Assembly (NCBI GenBank): GCA_951406725.2
Contig: OX597818.1
Span: forward strand, 45,136,001-45,200,000
Length of the DNA: 64,000 bases
DNA from: Octopus vulgaris
Taxonomy: Eukaryota
Reading direction: 5' to 3'
Below are positions 42,626-57,868 of the stretch, piece by piece. The translations under genes were made by a program, and so were the position numbers. Every line of letters starts with the position of its first letter. The first letter of the stretch is position 1. Below the pieces are notes generated by a model that saw only the letters and a program-made list of their open reading frames with translations, was not told the DNA's origin and searched no databases.

Positions 42626-43655
42626 ATGTATACATGTATACATGCATATACATGTCTATGTATGTATGGATGGATGGATGGATGTATCAGCGTTGATGTC
42701 GCCAAAGGAGGCTGACTAATGACAATGTCTCTTACTGCAGCTGCTATCACCACAATCACTGCATGCAGCAATATTTCCCATCACTAACGCCACCTCCTCG
42801 GTCGGCTATGACAGAGCGCAATCAGTGGCGACTTTTATATGTTCCGCCATAACTGTTGAAAGTGTCTTATTAGCTAGAAGCGAATAAAAAAAAAAATTAT
42901 AAAACAAAACGAAAAAGAGATTCCATTGTTGATAGTTTTGTTGTATATTTGCTTGAGTTAGTGCTTCGTTTCATTCAATATTGTTATTTTTCATTGTTCC
43001 ATCAAGGAGGGTGTTTTATTCATTATAATAAATATTTTAATTTATTTTTCTGTCCACATGTCAACAACACGAAGAAAACAAAGGTTTGTTTAGCTTGGTT
43101 TATGGGAGATACATTGTCGCCCTTGTCAATTTGTTCCTCTCAGCGTCTGCTAATGAACAATAACGACAGTAACCATGGCAACCTGAGGATACAATGGATA
43201 ATATGTTTTGCGTAAAGTGATAGACGCAATATAATGCTGCCATGATATATCGCTATGCTTGGAACAATGAATAAATAAATAAATAATGAAATAAAAAAAT
43301 AAATAAATCATAAAGAGACGAACACTTTTCATATGTAACATATATCCCGATATAGAAATATATGCGATGTTATTATAAGTGTATAAGAGAAGGTAGATAT
43401 GGTCATGGTATGTATGTACGAACAAGGCGGCGAGCTGGCAGAAACGTTAGCACGCCGGGCGAAATGCTTAGCGGTATTTCGTCTGCCGTTACGTTCTGAG
43501 TTCAAATTCCGCCGAGGTCGACTTTGCCTTTCATCCTTCCTGGGTCGATTAAATAAGTACCAGTTACGCACTGGTGTCGTTATAATCGATTTAATCCGTT
43601 TGTCCCCTCTATGTGTAGCCCCTTGTGGGTAGTAAAGAAATAGGTATGTACGAAC

Positions 43656-43696
<41 letters not shown>

Positions 43697-43901
43697 CATG
43701 CATATGTGTGTGTGTGTGTGTGTGTGTATGTATACGTACAAATGTGTATGTTTGTATATATGTATATACGGTACAGTAAATTATCTCGACAGGTACTTTG
43801 CCTGTAGCCAATTCTTGTTTGCTAGCATTCCGTCTCCTTTCGTTGGAAGTTAGCTACCCGGTCTGGTCTGAGCATTAATTGTATCTATTTTATACCTTTT
43901 G

Positions 43902-43960
<59 letters not shown>

Positions 43961-44103
43961 TTTTATTCCCTTTTTTACTCTTTTACTTGTTTCAGTCATT
44001 TGACTGCGGCCATGCTGGAGCACCGCCTTTAGTCGAACAAATCGACCCCCAGGAATTATTCTTTGTAAGCCTAGTACTTATTCTATCGGTCTCTCTCTCT
44101 CTC

Positions 44104-44149
<46 letters not shown>

Positions 44150-44239
44150 CAGAGACAGACAGACAGACAGATAGTCAGACAGACAGACAGAGACAGGCTG
44201 ACAGACAGACGCAGACGGAGAGAGAGAGAGCGAGGAGAG

Positions 44240-44283
<44 letters not shown>

Positions 44284-44907
44284 TCAGTTGTATCAGCGCC
44301 AAGCAGTGATTAGGCATACGTGAACTTCAGGATACTTAAAATATTTCAGCTTACAAACGCAAATTCAACACAGCTACTGTGGGGAAGAGAAAAATCCTCT
44401 TTTATGATAAAAAGTGTCAAAAAACCCTATCTGCCCAATGCTGCCTTTTTATTGGATTCCCAGACGTAGTGTTTCTGGCTCTTTAGCCTTTCTCACTGGG
44501 AAATATCGAAGCGAGGTAACTCTGGGCAGGTTTGAATCCGACAGAGAGCAACATCGGGTAGTTATTGTGTTTTTACACCTTTTACTATAAGAGAGTATTT
44601 TTTCTCCATGATAAATTTGTCTTTAGCAGTTGAAATATGTCTCAAATATATCTTAACTATCCTAAAGTCTGCTTAAGCCTAATCACTGTTTGGTGCTGAT
44701 ATCGCCGAAATTATCCCGACCGGGAGGTCCAATAGTGCAGCTGAGTCAATTTTTCAATTGCAGGAACTAAAAGTCGGAGAGGGACGGGATAAACTACCTG
44801 CATCAACTTGCTATAAAAGCAGGTAGTAATTTTACCGTTTTCTTTATTCTTAGTGCAAGTTTTGAAGAGTGAAGTTCGATTTTAACAGTTATTTTTCAAA
44901 AGCTATA

Positions 44908-45900
44908 ATGGAAGTGACAAAGGAGCGTATTCGGCATATTTTGCTTTATGAGTGCAATAAAGGCAACAACGCAACGAAAAGTGCAAGGAATATTAAGGCA
45001 ATATATGAGGATCGGACAAAAAGCGTAAGCTAGTGTCGGCAGTGGTTCCAGAAATACCGAGCCGGAAACTACAGCCTAGAAGACGAGCCTCATCCCGGAA
45101 GATCTGTAGAGCTCGACGAGGACGTCCTGAAAACCCTGGTGGAACAAAATCTCATCGTAACTGTTGAGGAACTAGCAGAGAAGCTTGGATTTGGTCATTC
45201 AACCATTCACGACAACTGCGTGCCATCAGAAAAGTCAACAAATTCGGTCAATGGGTTTCTCGCAAACTTTCCATGTCTAATCGTGCACAGACAGTGAAAT
45301 TGTGCTCTTCTTTGTTGTCACTTCACACGAATGGACCTTTTTTGGACCGAATAGTGACTGGTGACGAGAAATGGGTTCTCTATAAAAATGTCAAGCGCCG
45401 AAGACAGTGGGCAGGGAAAGGAGAAACACCGGCACCCAAGGCTAAAGAAGGTCTTCACCCACGTAAGGTGTTGTTATTTGTTCGGTTGGATATGAAAGGT
45501 TTAGTCCACTTTGAACTTTTAAACTCAAACCAAACGTTAACAAAAGAGACCTACTGCAAGTAGCTTGAGCGGCTTAAGTCAGTACTAGAAGAAAAACGAC
45601 CGTCTTTAGTTTCAAGACGAAAGGTATTCTTCCATCAGGATAATGCTCGGTCACATAAAGGGAAACGATGTCCCACCCACCATATTCGCCAGACATTGCC
45701 CCATCTGATTATCATTTATTCCGCAGTCTTCACAATCATTTGGACGGAAAAAAATATGAATTTTGTAGACGAGGTCAGTGCAGTACTGGAGGAGTCTTTT
45801 TCGTCACAGACAAGTAAATTTTGGAAGAGGAGCCTTGCAAGTCTAACAAATAGATGGAAGAATATAGTAGAAAATGAAGGAGAGTATATTTTAGATTTTA
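44908..45900 (+). pseudogene. Mariner (DD34D) transposase pseudogene
   Basis: MEVTKERIRHILLYE..., IVTGDEKW, HQDNARSH, YSPDIAPSDYHLF and GEYI motifs, with in-frame stops, frameshifts and an internal deletion. Confidence 0.9.
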
Positions 45901-46104
45901 AAAGACATTCGTTTATTTTAATTTTGAAAAATAGTATTAAAAAACCGCATTATTAATTATATATATGCATGTATACATGCATATACATACATGCATGCAT
46001 ACATTCATACATACATACATACATACATACATACATACATACATACATACATACATACATACATACATACATACATACACACACGTGTACATATATACAT
46101 ATGT

Positions 46105-46760
46105 TCAACCAGAAAGGAGAAAGCTAATTCGAAGATTACAGATCCAATCCGTCACTGGAACTGTAAAAATCTCCAAAACTTTCCAGAAGTTTATCATATA
46201 AATATATATGAGCATGTCTAGATAATCAACTATATGCATGAGAATACATACATAAAACATACAAATCTGTACATACATACATACAAAGAAAAATACCCTA
46301 TTGTTGATGTTGAAATTCCAATGATGGGTCTTGGGGCTAGGTTAGAAACCGGTTCTTTCTCTATTAGCAAGAAATCTTGAAATAAACTGAATATTGGCAT
46401 ACATACAGACTTGTATCTTTGTTGGAAACTACTCCCTCCTGAGTGGAAGATTTATAATCATTAAAAAGTAGAAGACACATACATACATACATACATACAT
46501 ACATACATACATACATACATACATACATACATACATACATACATACATACATACATACAAAGAAAAATATCCTGTTGTTGATGTTGAAATTCCAATGATG
46601 GGTCTTGGGTCTAGGTTAGAAACCGGTTCTTTCTCTATTAGCAAGAAATCTTGAAATAAACTGAATAATGACATACATACAGACTTGTATCTTTGTTGGA
46701 AACTGGTTCCCTCCTCATTGGAAGATTTATAATAATTAAAAAAATAGCAGATACATACAT
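46105..46760 (+). mobile_element. (TACA)n-associated RLE element 3' end with tandemly duplicated 3' UTR
   Basis: ERRKLIRRLQIQSVTGTVKISKTFQKFII*, then the UTR unit at 46286-46478 repeated at 46559-46750. Confidence 0.7.
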
Positions 46761-47894
46761 ATGTAGTGTTATTTATACGGTGAAGGTGTCTGTGAATCAT
46801 AAAATTTACGATAATGTGTTCAACGACAGAGTGCAGTAGTTATATTTCAATAGTTATGGAGTATAAAATGTAACATTTTATGCATTGTGAAATCTGAACG
46901 CAGCTACGTTGATCTGACTGTCAAACATATCACAATTAATCATTAAAATTACTTGTCAATAACTATTGTAGTGACATGGAAACTCTGTGCATGTGTGTGT
47001 GAGTGTGTGTGTGTGTGTGTGTACGTTTGGCTGTGCATGTATATACATTCGTACAATTCGTACGCATACATGTATGTAAACATACATACACACATAGGAC
47101 ATACATACATACATACGAATACACATATATAATACAAGCTGAAGTTTCAAATAAATATACAAAATCTTCATTATTTATTCAGTAATTTTTCTTTGTAAAC
47201 ACAAGCGTTACATATCTCTCTATCTCTCTCTCTCTCTCTCTCTCTCCTTCCCTCCATGTCTCACCCCGTCCCTATCTCTTTCTCTCTCACATTCTCTCAG
47301 ATACTATGCACGTACACACACGTGCATACAGAGAGACAGACAGACAAATGAATATATATTTCTTTACTACCCACAAGGGACTAAACACAGAGAGGACAAA
47401 CAAGGACAGACAAACGGATTAAGTCGATTACATCGACCCCAGTGCGTAACTGGTACTTAATTAATTGACCCCCGAAAGGATGAAAGGCAAAGTCGACCTC
47501 GGCGGAATTTGAACTCAGAACGTAACAGCAGACAAAATACGGCTATGCATTTCGCCCGGCGTGCTAACGTCTCTGCCAGCTCGCCGCCTAGACAGACAAA
47601 TGAATATAATATTACGCATGGTTACCTCTCGAATAAAAGGGGGTCTAGACCTCAATACACATGTAGAGTACATGTTTCTCTGACTAGAAGTAAAGATACC
47701 ATTTCTCTCTGTGAATGACCAATTCGTTCTAAAACCACAGGTGAGGTTAACACCTACAGAAACACTAGGATTTCTACCTGCTTGTTCCTCATAAGATTCA
47801 GCGCGGTTACAATCACCCATTTCCTATCATAAAACTCTTCGTATATCAATAGTCATAATGAATTACCTGGTAGACTTTATTTGGGCTTCTTAAA

Positions 47895-48460
<566 letters not shown>

Positions 48461-49466
48461 GGCTCATGGGCCCGGTTTCCTGGATTCAATGGCGTATGTG
48501 TTCCCCAGCTGGACGAGACGCCAGTCCATCGCAGCGTTACTCATTTTTGCCAGCTGAGTGGACTGGGAGCAACGTGAAATGAAGTGCTTTGCTCAAGAAC
48601 ACAACGCGTCGCCCGGTCCAACGCGTCGTCCGGTACAACGCATCGACCTGCTTGTTCCTCATAAGATTCAGCGCGGTTACAATCACCCATTTCCTATCAT
48701 AAAACTGTTCGTATATCAATAGTCATAATGAATCACCTGGTAGACTTTATTCGCCAATTAATATATAATTTTCTTAAAACAAAATGTCACTTGCGCAGTT
48801 ACACATGATTAAATGGCAGAAAAATATTCAGATAGTTAACTTGTTTTATATATAACGATTCTAAGCGCCAGTACATAGAATAGAGATAATAGGGGATATA
48901 CTTAACGAACCAGTTTTCTAATTATTAATTCATTTGAACGAAAGTCATGTAACTGGTTTTAACTGTAAGAAAGCTCTGTCGGGTGACACCAATGCAAATT
49001 TGTGAATTGTTGGTTGGTTATATACGCGAGGCTGCGCGTAATTGAGACAATAATACCATTCCAGCATTAAATGAGATTTTATTCATGCTGCACAAGTTCT
49101 CCTGAGGTTGGTCATGAATTACAAAAATCTTCTCATAGAGTCAACAATTGGAAACATACTGCAACGTGCATGGCTTACTGGATACAGAAGCTTAGCACAG
49201 GAATATATATATATATCTCTTTTACTCTTTTACTTGTTTCAGTCATTTGACTGCAGCCATGCTGGAGCACCGCCTTTAGTCGAGCAAATCAACCCCAGGA
49301 CTTATTCTTTGTAAGCCTAGTACATATTCTATCGGTCTCTCTTGCCGAACCGCTATGTGACGGGGACGTAAACACACCAGCATCGGTTGTCAAGCAATGT
49401 TGTGGGGGGTGCGGACAAACACAGGCACACAAACACACACACATATATACATATATACGACGGGCT

Positions 49467-49618
49467 TCTTTCAGTTTCCGTCTACCAAATCCACTCACAA
49501 GGCATTGGTCGGCCCGGGGCTATAGCAGAAGACACTTGCCCAAGATGCCACGCAGTGGGACTGAACCCGGAACCACGTGGTTGGTTAGCAAGCTACTTAC
49601 CACACAGCCACTCCTGCG

Positions 49619-49658
<40 letters not shown>

Positions 49659-49808
49659 CGCAGGAGTGCTGTGTGGTAAGTAGCTTGCTAACCAACCACG
49701 TGGTTCCGGGTTCAGTCCACTGCGTGGCATCTTGGGCAAGTGTCTTCTGCTATAGCCCCGGGCCGACCAATGCCTTGTGAGTGGATTTGGTAGACGGAAA
49801 CTGAAAGA
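49467..49808. repeat. Near-perfect palindrome centred on (AT)n
   Basis: About 155-bp SINE-A arms differing by two single-base deletions. Confidence 0.95.
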
Positions 49809-51168
49809 CTATTTCTGCATTCAAATAACATATACAAGGGTGAGCATGCAGTCGTTAGAATGACTATTTGAGCAGCAAAGGAGTGTGTGCATCGAACAGC
49901 AACTTCGCACATACTGAAACTTGGCAAGAGCGGAAACGGTATTCCACTCGGACGTCTACCACACTCTGCGAATAGGTGCTTAATACAGACTCTGTTTATG
50001 GGCTTCTTAAAAAAATAAATAAATGCGCCCTTTTAAAGCCTAGCCAGGCTAATGGGCCTTTCACTTATTGTTTTGTTTATTTTGATAGATACATGCACTC
50101 GGTTTGGCACTTGGACACACACACAAACTAACAGCCATGTTCACTTTCTTTTACGCATGCGCGCACACACACTCACACACACACACACACACACACACCA
50201 TATGCACACGCATATACATGCGCACACCTCTTTTCTTTTTGGTATAACATGTTTTGTTTCGCACCTCTGAATTACTTATTTTTGCTCTCTAACTCCCTTC
50301 TACTTGTCACTCGACTGCTTGACCATTGCCGATTCTATATCCACCCATCTACGCATTTTTCAGTCTGTTCTTTCCTTGCCTTAGCTCTCATCTCAAAAAA
50401 TAATAGTTTTGTTCTTTTCTCCTTCTGTCGGCCATTTTCCCATCGTTCCAATGAACACGCGTCGACAACATTCCTTCACTTGCATATTCTTATTCTGTCT
50501 TGGATCTACGCTGCTTGATCATTATTTTATTATCACGAACTTCATGTTCTTTGACTTTTCCCCTTTGCTCTTTGATTCATAATCACATACAAAAAAATGG
50601 TTTTCTATAATATAATAACTAATAATAAATGCGCCCTTTTAAAGCCTAGCCAGGCTCATGGGCCCGGTTTCCCGGTTTCAATGGCGTATGTTTCCCAGCT
50701 GGACGGGACGCCAGTTCATCGCAGCGTTACTCATTTTTGCCAGCTGAGTGGACTGGAGCAATGTGAAAATGAAGTGTTTTGCTCAAGAACACAACGCGTC
50801 GCCCGGTCCAGGTATCGAAACCACAATCTTACGATCATGATGCTGACATCCTAACCACTAAGCCACGCGCCTCCACTTATGGGCTTCTTACCGAGAACAA
50901 TTTAGAAGGATCTGGAGAAACCATATCATGTGAAGATTGGTCGTTGATTAGTTAATAACTCGGCCTCGAACGTGTGTAGGATAGAGCGACGTAGTTGATT
51001 GAAATCCGTAATGTGGCCAATCGGGTTCGAGTCTCGCTACAGTCATTCTCCAGAACCATTGAAAACTTGAGATAGATTCTCTATCATAGAGGTTCAAAAA
51101 CGAAATAAAATATATTCGAAAGATAAGACCTATTTTAAAATACAGATTGATTATTCATTTATTTTCAG

Positions 51169-51297
51169 ATATCGAAAATGAGGGAATTACTCGGGGAAGT
51201 CGCCAGAGCCATCCAAAAGTATCACAATGAAATTCGAAGACATTTATCCATTACCGTATCCCGCCCACGCGATCCTATCAGTATTCCACTTAAATGA
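51169..51297 (+). CDS. Possible orphan terminal exon (ISKMRELLGEVARAIQKYHNEIRRHLSITVSRPRDPISIPLK*)
   Basis: Strong acceptor ttattcatttattttcag| and 42 open codons of unique sequence. No convincing upstream exon found. Confidence 0.3.
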   Translation: MSKMRELLGEVARAIQKYHNEIRRHLSITVSRPRDPISIPLK

Positions 51298-54200
51298 GGG
51301 AATACGTGATTTAAATGTAGTGAAAAAAAAAAATGCATGAAAATGTAGTCAATTAGTGAACATTGATTCATTAAGGAAATTAATTAGTAACACTTTACAT
51401 TTTATTAATAGCTTACGCTCGGGATTAAATTAGAAATTTTAGGGAACCTATATATTTTAATTTTTAATCACACTTTCATTAATTTGTGTCAGATTAAAGA
51501 AAAATGATTCGAAGAGGTGTTTCCTAATTGACATGGAATATTCCCTTGAAAGGTAAAAAGAAAGGGACGTCAACAGTCATAAATTAGTGATTATATGTTA
51601 TCTATTAATATTTATTTCTTTATTGCCCACAAGGGGCTAAACATAGAGGGGACAAACTAAGACAGGCAAAGGGATTAATTCGATTACATCGACCCCAGAG
51701 CGTAACCGGTACTTTATTTATCGACCCCGAAAGGATGAAAGGCAAAGTTGACCTCGGCGGAATTTGAACGCAGAACGTAACGGCAGATGAAATGCGGCTA
51801 CGCATTTCGCCCGGCGTGCTAACGATTCTGCCAGCTCGCCGCCTCATGTTGTCTATTAATATTGCTCAACATTTTGAACTCCTGTGTTATAACTACGGCC
51901 CTAAACATGCTATTAATCACATTTGGGTTCTAAATGCAATTGGCAAAAGAAATATTTGGTTTTGTATTAAACTGATTCTCATTCATACTCTTTACTCTCT
52001 TTTACTCTTTTACTGGTTTCAGTCGTTTGACTGTGGCCATGCTGGAGCACCGCCTTTAGTCGAGCAAATCCACCCCAGGATTTATTCTTTGTAAGCCTAG
52101 TATTTATTCTATCGGTCGCTTTTGCCGAACCGCTAAGTCACGGGGACGTAAACACACCAACATCGGTTGTGAAGCGATGTTGGTGGGACAAACACAGACA
52201 CACAATCATATGCCCACACATACACACATATTTACATATATACGACGGGATTCTTTCAGTTTCCATCTACCTAATCCACACACAAGGCTTTGGTGCCACG
52301 CAGTGGGGCTGAACCCGGAACCATATGGTTGGTAAGTAAGCTACTTACCACACAGCCACTCCTGCGCTTATTTATATTTTTTCTTTCATCTTTTTCTTGT
52401 TTCAGTCATTGGACTGCGGCCATGCTTGGGCACCGCTTTGAAGGATTTTATTTCAACGAAGCGACTCCAGTACCCATTTAATTTTAAAGCCTGGTACGTA
52501 TTCTTTCGGTCTCTTTTGCCGAACTGCTTAGTAATGGGGATGTATATAAACCGACACCGGTTGTCAAGTGGCGGTGGAGGACAAACACAAAGATACATAA
52601 AAACTTAGATAAACTTAGATATGTTTCGACCAAAGATTGGTCCAGGCCATGTCTAACTTAATAGCACCACCTGATAGGATTATCTGAATCCTGTTTAAGT
52701 CAAGTTTTGTTTATGGTCCATTCAAGTAGTGAGTTTTTGTTGGGAGAGTTGTATCCAATTATGGGTGGCTTATCTGGTATTCCTTGAAGGAATCTATCCA
52801 GACTCTGTTTAAAGTTGATGGGATCATTTTCCTCTTTGATCTCTTTCGGGACAATGTTAAAAGTATACATTCGACGGGCTTTCTTTAGTTTGTTCGGTCC
52901 GAGGTTATAGTTGAAGACATTTGCCATAGGTACCATACAGTGGGCCTGAACCTGGAACCATATGGTTCGGAAACAAACTATTTAAGCACTAATTTTTCTT
53001 CACTACCCACAAGGGGATAAACACAGAGAGGACAAACAAAGACAGACAAACGGATTAAGTCGATTACATCGACTCAAGTGCGTAACTGGTACTTAATTTA
53101 TCGACCCCGAAAGGATGAAAGGCAAAGTCGACCTCGGCGGAATTTGAACGCAGAACGTAACGACAGACGAAATACGGCTACGCATTTCACCCGGCGTGCT
53201 AACGTTTCTGCCAGCTCGCCGCCTTCATTAAGCACTAAGCCATGTCAGCACCTATGGTTTAAAACAAACTTTGTTGTTTGTTCCTTCTCGAGCCACGCCT
53301 GGCTCATAAGGGCCGGTTTCCCGGTTTCCTCGTCTGGACGGGACGCCGGTCCGTTGAAGGGAGCTGCAAGATGCAGGAGGAAAGAGTGAGAGAAAGTTGT
53401 GGTGAAAGATTCAGCAGAAGTTCGCCATTACCTTCTGCCGTAGCCGCGTGGAGCTTAGGTGTTTCGCTCATAAACACACACATCGCCCGGTCTGAGATTC
53501 GAACCCGCGATCTCTCGACTGCGAGTCCGTTGCTCTAACCACTAGGCCATGTGCCTCCACAAAGCAATCTTGAAGAGAAGTAAATTAATTCGTAGCTAAT
53601 TCTGAAATCTGAGATGGACTGGTGCCTCGTCCAGCTGGGGGGAACACATACGCCACAGAAACCGGGAAACCGGGCCCATGAGCCTGGCTAGGCTTGAAAA
53701 GGGCGAAAAAAAAATTCTGAAATTAATTAAAAATCCTTCTAAGAGTGGAATGTGATTTAAAAGTAACATTTGAAATGCTTCACACAGTTTAAGCCTCACA
53801 GTGACTCGGTTAAAGCATGGGTTTTCTTGCATAGGTGGCGCTCCGTCGATTACGAAGACGCTCGAGAAATTAACATGCATGTGGCTGAGCACTCCGCAGG
53901 CACACGTACCATTAACACAGTTCTCAGTGAGATTCAGTACAACACAGAATGTGACAAAACTGGCCCTTTAGAATACAGATACTATTCATTTCCGCCAGCT
54001 GAGTGAACTGGATCAAGGCGAAAGAAGTTTTTTAGCTCAAAGACACAACGCGCCGCCGGGAATCGAACTCATGATGTCGTGATCATGAGCCGAATATTCC
54101 TAACCACTAAGCCACGCGCTATCATGCGCCTTTTTACCTAGAAACACTAAAATTGAAATACAATAGTTTTTTGTCTTGTTCTTTATTTTTTTTTGCATAT

Positions 54201-54361
54201 TATAGGCGCAGGAGTGGCTGTGTGGTAAGTAGCTTGCTTACCAACCACATGGTTCCGGGTTCAGTCCTACTGCGTGGCTCCTTGGACAAGTGTCTTCTAC
54301 TATAGCCTTGTGAATGGATTTGGTAAACGGAAACTGAAAGAAGCCCCTTGTATATATGTAC

Positions 54362-54416
<55 letters not shown>

Positions 54417-55231
54417 TGTTTGTGTGTCTGTGTTTGTCCATCCAACATCGCTTGACAACCGCTGCTGGTGTGTTTACGTCCCCGTCACCTAGCGGTTCGG
54501 CAAGACAGACCAATAGAATAAGTACTAGGCTTACAAAGAATACGTCCTGTGGGGGGGGGGGGGCGATTTGCTCGATTAAATGCAGTGCTCCAGCATGGCT
54601 GCAGTCAAATGACTGAAACAAGTAAAAGAATAAAAAGAAAGAATAAAGAATATTCTACATGCATGATCTCTTGTTCTGTGGATAAAGCACAAAAAGTAAT
54701 TTTCTAACAAGGTGTATAAAACTCATTGTTAAATCTTCCTTAATTAGTAAAACATATGAGATCTGCTGACTTTATTGTAATGAAAAAGTCTAGGGAAAAG
54801 TTGTTAATGTTTGGTTCCAAATCATCCCCGATTGAGCAGACCTGTATTCAATGTCAACCCACCCAGAATTATATCATTATTTTTTTTTCAGTCATTGTGT
54901 ATTCCAGACTATATCCTCCACTATGTCTTTTGGTAAGTGTGTACACTGTGATTTAAAGAAGATTTTAGCTGTTATTTCTAGACAGATAAAGCAAACACGA
55001 GGCGCTTTATTTGTGGTGGAGCCTTGAATCAAAGGTAAGTTTTTCTGATCTAAATTCTACGTCCATATTCTGTTTTGTTGATAAAATAAGTTCAGATAAA
55101 AAAAAAGTGAGGACACATACAACTTCAACAACAGAATAAAAAAACAAACACCCAATATAGCATGTAATGATTTCTACTTTATGTATGTATGTATGTATGT
55201 ATGTATGTATGTATGTATGTATGTATGTATG

Positions 55232-55263
<32 letters not shown>

Positions 55264-55545
55264 TATATACATATATATATACATATATATATACATATAT
55301 ATACATATATATATACATATATATACATATATATACACATATATATACATATATATACATATATATACATATATATACATATATACATATATATATATAC
55401 ATATATACATATATATATATACATATATACATATATATATACATATATACATATATATATATACATATATACATATATATATACATATATATATATACAT
55501 ATATATATATGTGTGTGTGTGTATATATATATGTATATATGTCTA

Positions 55546-55619
<74 letters not shown>

Positions 55620-57336
55620 AAAAATACAGAAAGAAGAAAATGCTTCGGTAATTACAAATTAATTATTAGTGATAGGAATTCCGGCGTCCATGACAGACAG
55701 TTCTTCATCTGCTACGATCTATGTGTGTACTTTTATGCACCAAGCGTCTGTCTGAGATCTGTCAAGGCTAATAACGCAGCACATGGTGTTCTACAAAGAC
55801 ATTCGTGTAAAGTCGGATATAAAGACTACTTTTTGGTATTAGTACTGCTTCTGTCGCTAATAATTAGGTTTTAATAAGCTTGCTGGCTATTTGCGACATC
55901 AGTGCCTGAGAATATGCTGATATTCTATATATCGTAGCAGGGAGAATTTGACTGGGAAGCGGTGACCGGACAGGACACCTTCCACTGATGATTTTCAGTA
56001 GAATGAAATTCGGCGCCCATGAGAAACGATTCTCTTCTGCTGCGGTCTATGCATGTGCTTTTATACACCAAGCGCCTGTATGAGAGGATCTTTCAAGACT
56101 AATAACGCGTAATTCGGTGTTGAAACAAGACATTCATGTTAAGTTGTACATACATAAATTTTGTGGATGCTCATAAATCCTCCCGGATGCCGAAACATTG
56201 TACTATCAATGATGTTTTGGGGCTCGTAATAGTTTTCAGGTTATTCAGCATTTCTCAGGCCGGGATTCATCAAATTCCAGGTTACGATTCAGCTGCAAGA
56301 AGTCACGTGTCTGCCTTTATTATCCAAAGCCATCTAGTTGCTTCCTTTGCAGCTTCATTGATTGTACGTGTCGCCCCCATCTTGACTGCAACAGCAAGTG
56401 GAGGCGCAATGGCCCAATGGTTAGGGCAGCGGACTCGCGGTCGGAGGATCGCAGTTTTGATTCCCAGACCGGGCGTTGTGTGTGTTTATTGAGTGAAAAC
56501 ACCTAAAGCTCCACGAGGCTCCGGCAGGGGTGGGGGTGGCGACCCCTGTTGTACTCTTTCGCCCCAACTTTCTCTCACTCTTTCTTCCTGTTTCTTGTCC
56601 CCGACTTCCTACGCAACCGCTGAGCCTGGATGCGCATTCATCCATCCGTCGATGCTCTCGGTGTCGGAGGTTGACCTGCTTTCTCTTCTGCGGGTCTTAC
56701 GAATAACAAAGGACCACGTTTCAGACTTCTCCCACTACAGAGGCGCGATCTTGCGAGTTCTGGGATGAAGACCGCTTCGCTCAACAAACAAACAAACAAA
56801 CAAACTTCAATAGCAAGTCCAAGCCACTCAGAGTTTTGCTGAATGGTAGTCCCACAAACATCTAGCAGCGTGTGCACCAGTAGTCTCCTTACCACCCGAG
56901 CAATTCCTGGTATTTGGTAAGCTTTCTCTCTTGAGCACTTTACATACATACATGCATACACACACTGAAAATTTGCTGAATATTGAAGTCAATTGCTTTA
57001 TTGATTGCACTGAGTATTGTTTATTATACCTTAAAAAAAACTTCTATGTTTATTAGTATACCAGTACAACATGTGTTAATGACAAGTGCGACCAAGTTAA
57101 CGATAACTAATATGATTAATAGAAATGTAATATCTGGAACATTGTTTGTTATATTATCTCATGACAATCAATTCTGTTATGAACTCTCATATTATCTTCA
57201 TCTCGCCTCACATTTATCATGGACATATTGCGTGTATATAATTACAGCATTCCTTGGAAAGGCAATTTTCAACGGTCGATTATAGATCATCTGCGACAAG
57301 TTGTTGTTGTTATTATTATCATTATTATTATTATTC

Positions 57337-57868
57337 CTTCGCAATACAGTGTAGGTAAAAATGCACCGGAGTCTTTAGTCGTCTGTCAAGTCACAACAAG
57401 GACCTCAGACAGATAATACTTTCCTTAAGATGTGCGCTGTGCCCAATAGGGCTGCTTTTTGCAAGACACCAATCTTGCATGGGATTTCCAGTTGCCTTAA
57501 GAAGTTTTGAAGTTTCAATGGGATTGAGCCCAACACTCCTATCACCACTGGTATCACTTTTACATTACCCTCTCGCATTCCATACAGTCTTGCCATTTCC
57601 ACTTTCAATTCAGAGTACTTGGTAATTTTATCACCCTCTTTACTCACAACATTCATGTCATTTGGTATGGCTACATCAATGATTTGACAGTGTTTGTCTC
57701 TCTTATTCAATATGACAATATCCGGCCGACGGTATCCGATTACACGATCCGTCTGAAAACCATAGTCCAAGAGTATCGTAACTTTTCCATCCTCCTGCAA
57801 AACTTTACTTGGTACATGCTCATACCAGTTCTCTGTTACTTCATATTGGTATTTACGGCATAAGAGCC
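57337..57868 (-). mobile_element. RLE non-LTR retrotransposon 3' end with open endonuclease domain
   Basis: HWLLCRKY...WYEHVP...RRPDIVIL...IIDVAIP...KITKYSEL...VIPVVIGVLG...GTAHILRKVLSV*: PD-D restriction-like endonuclease motifs. Confidence 0.9.
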
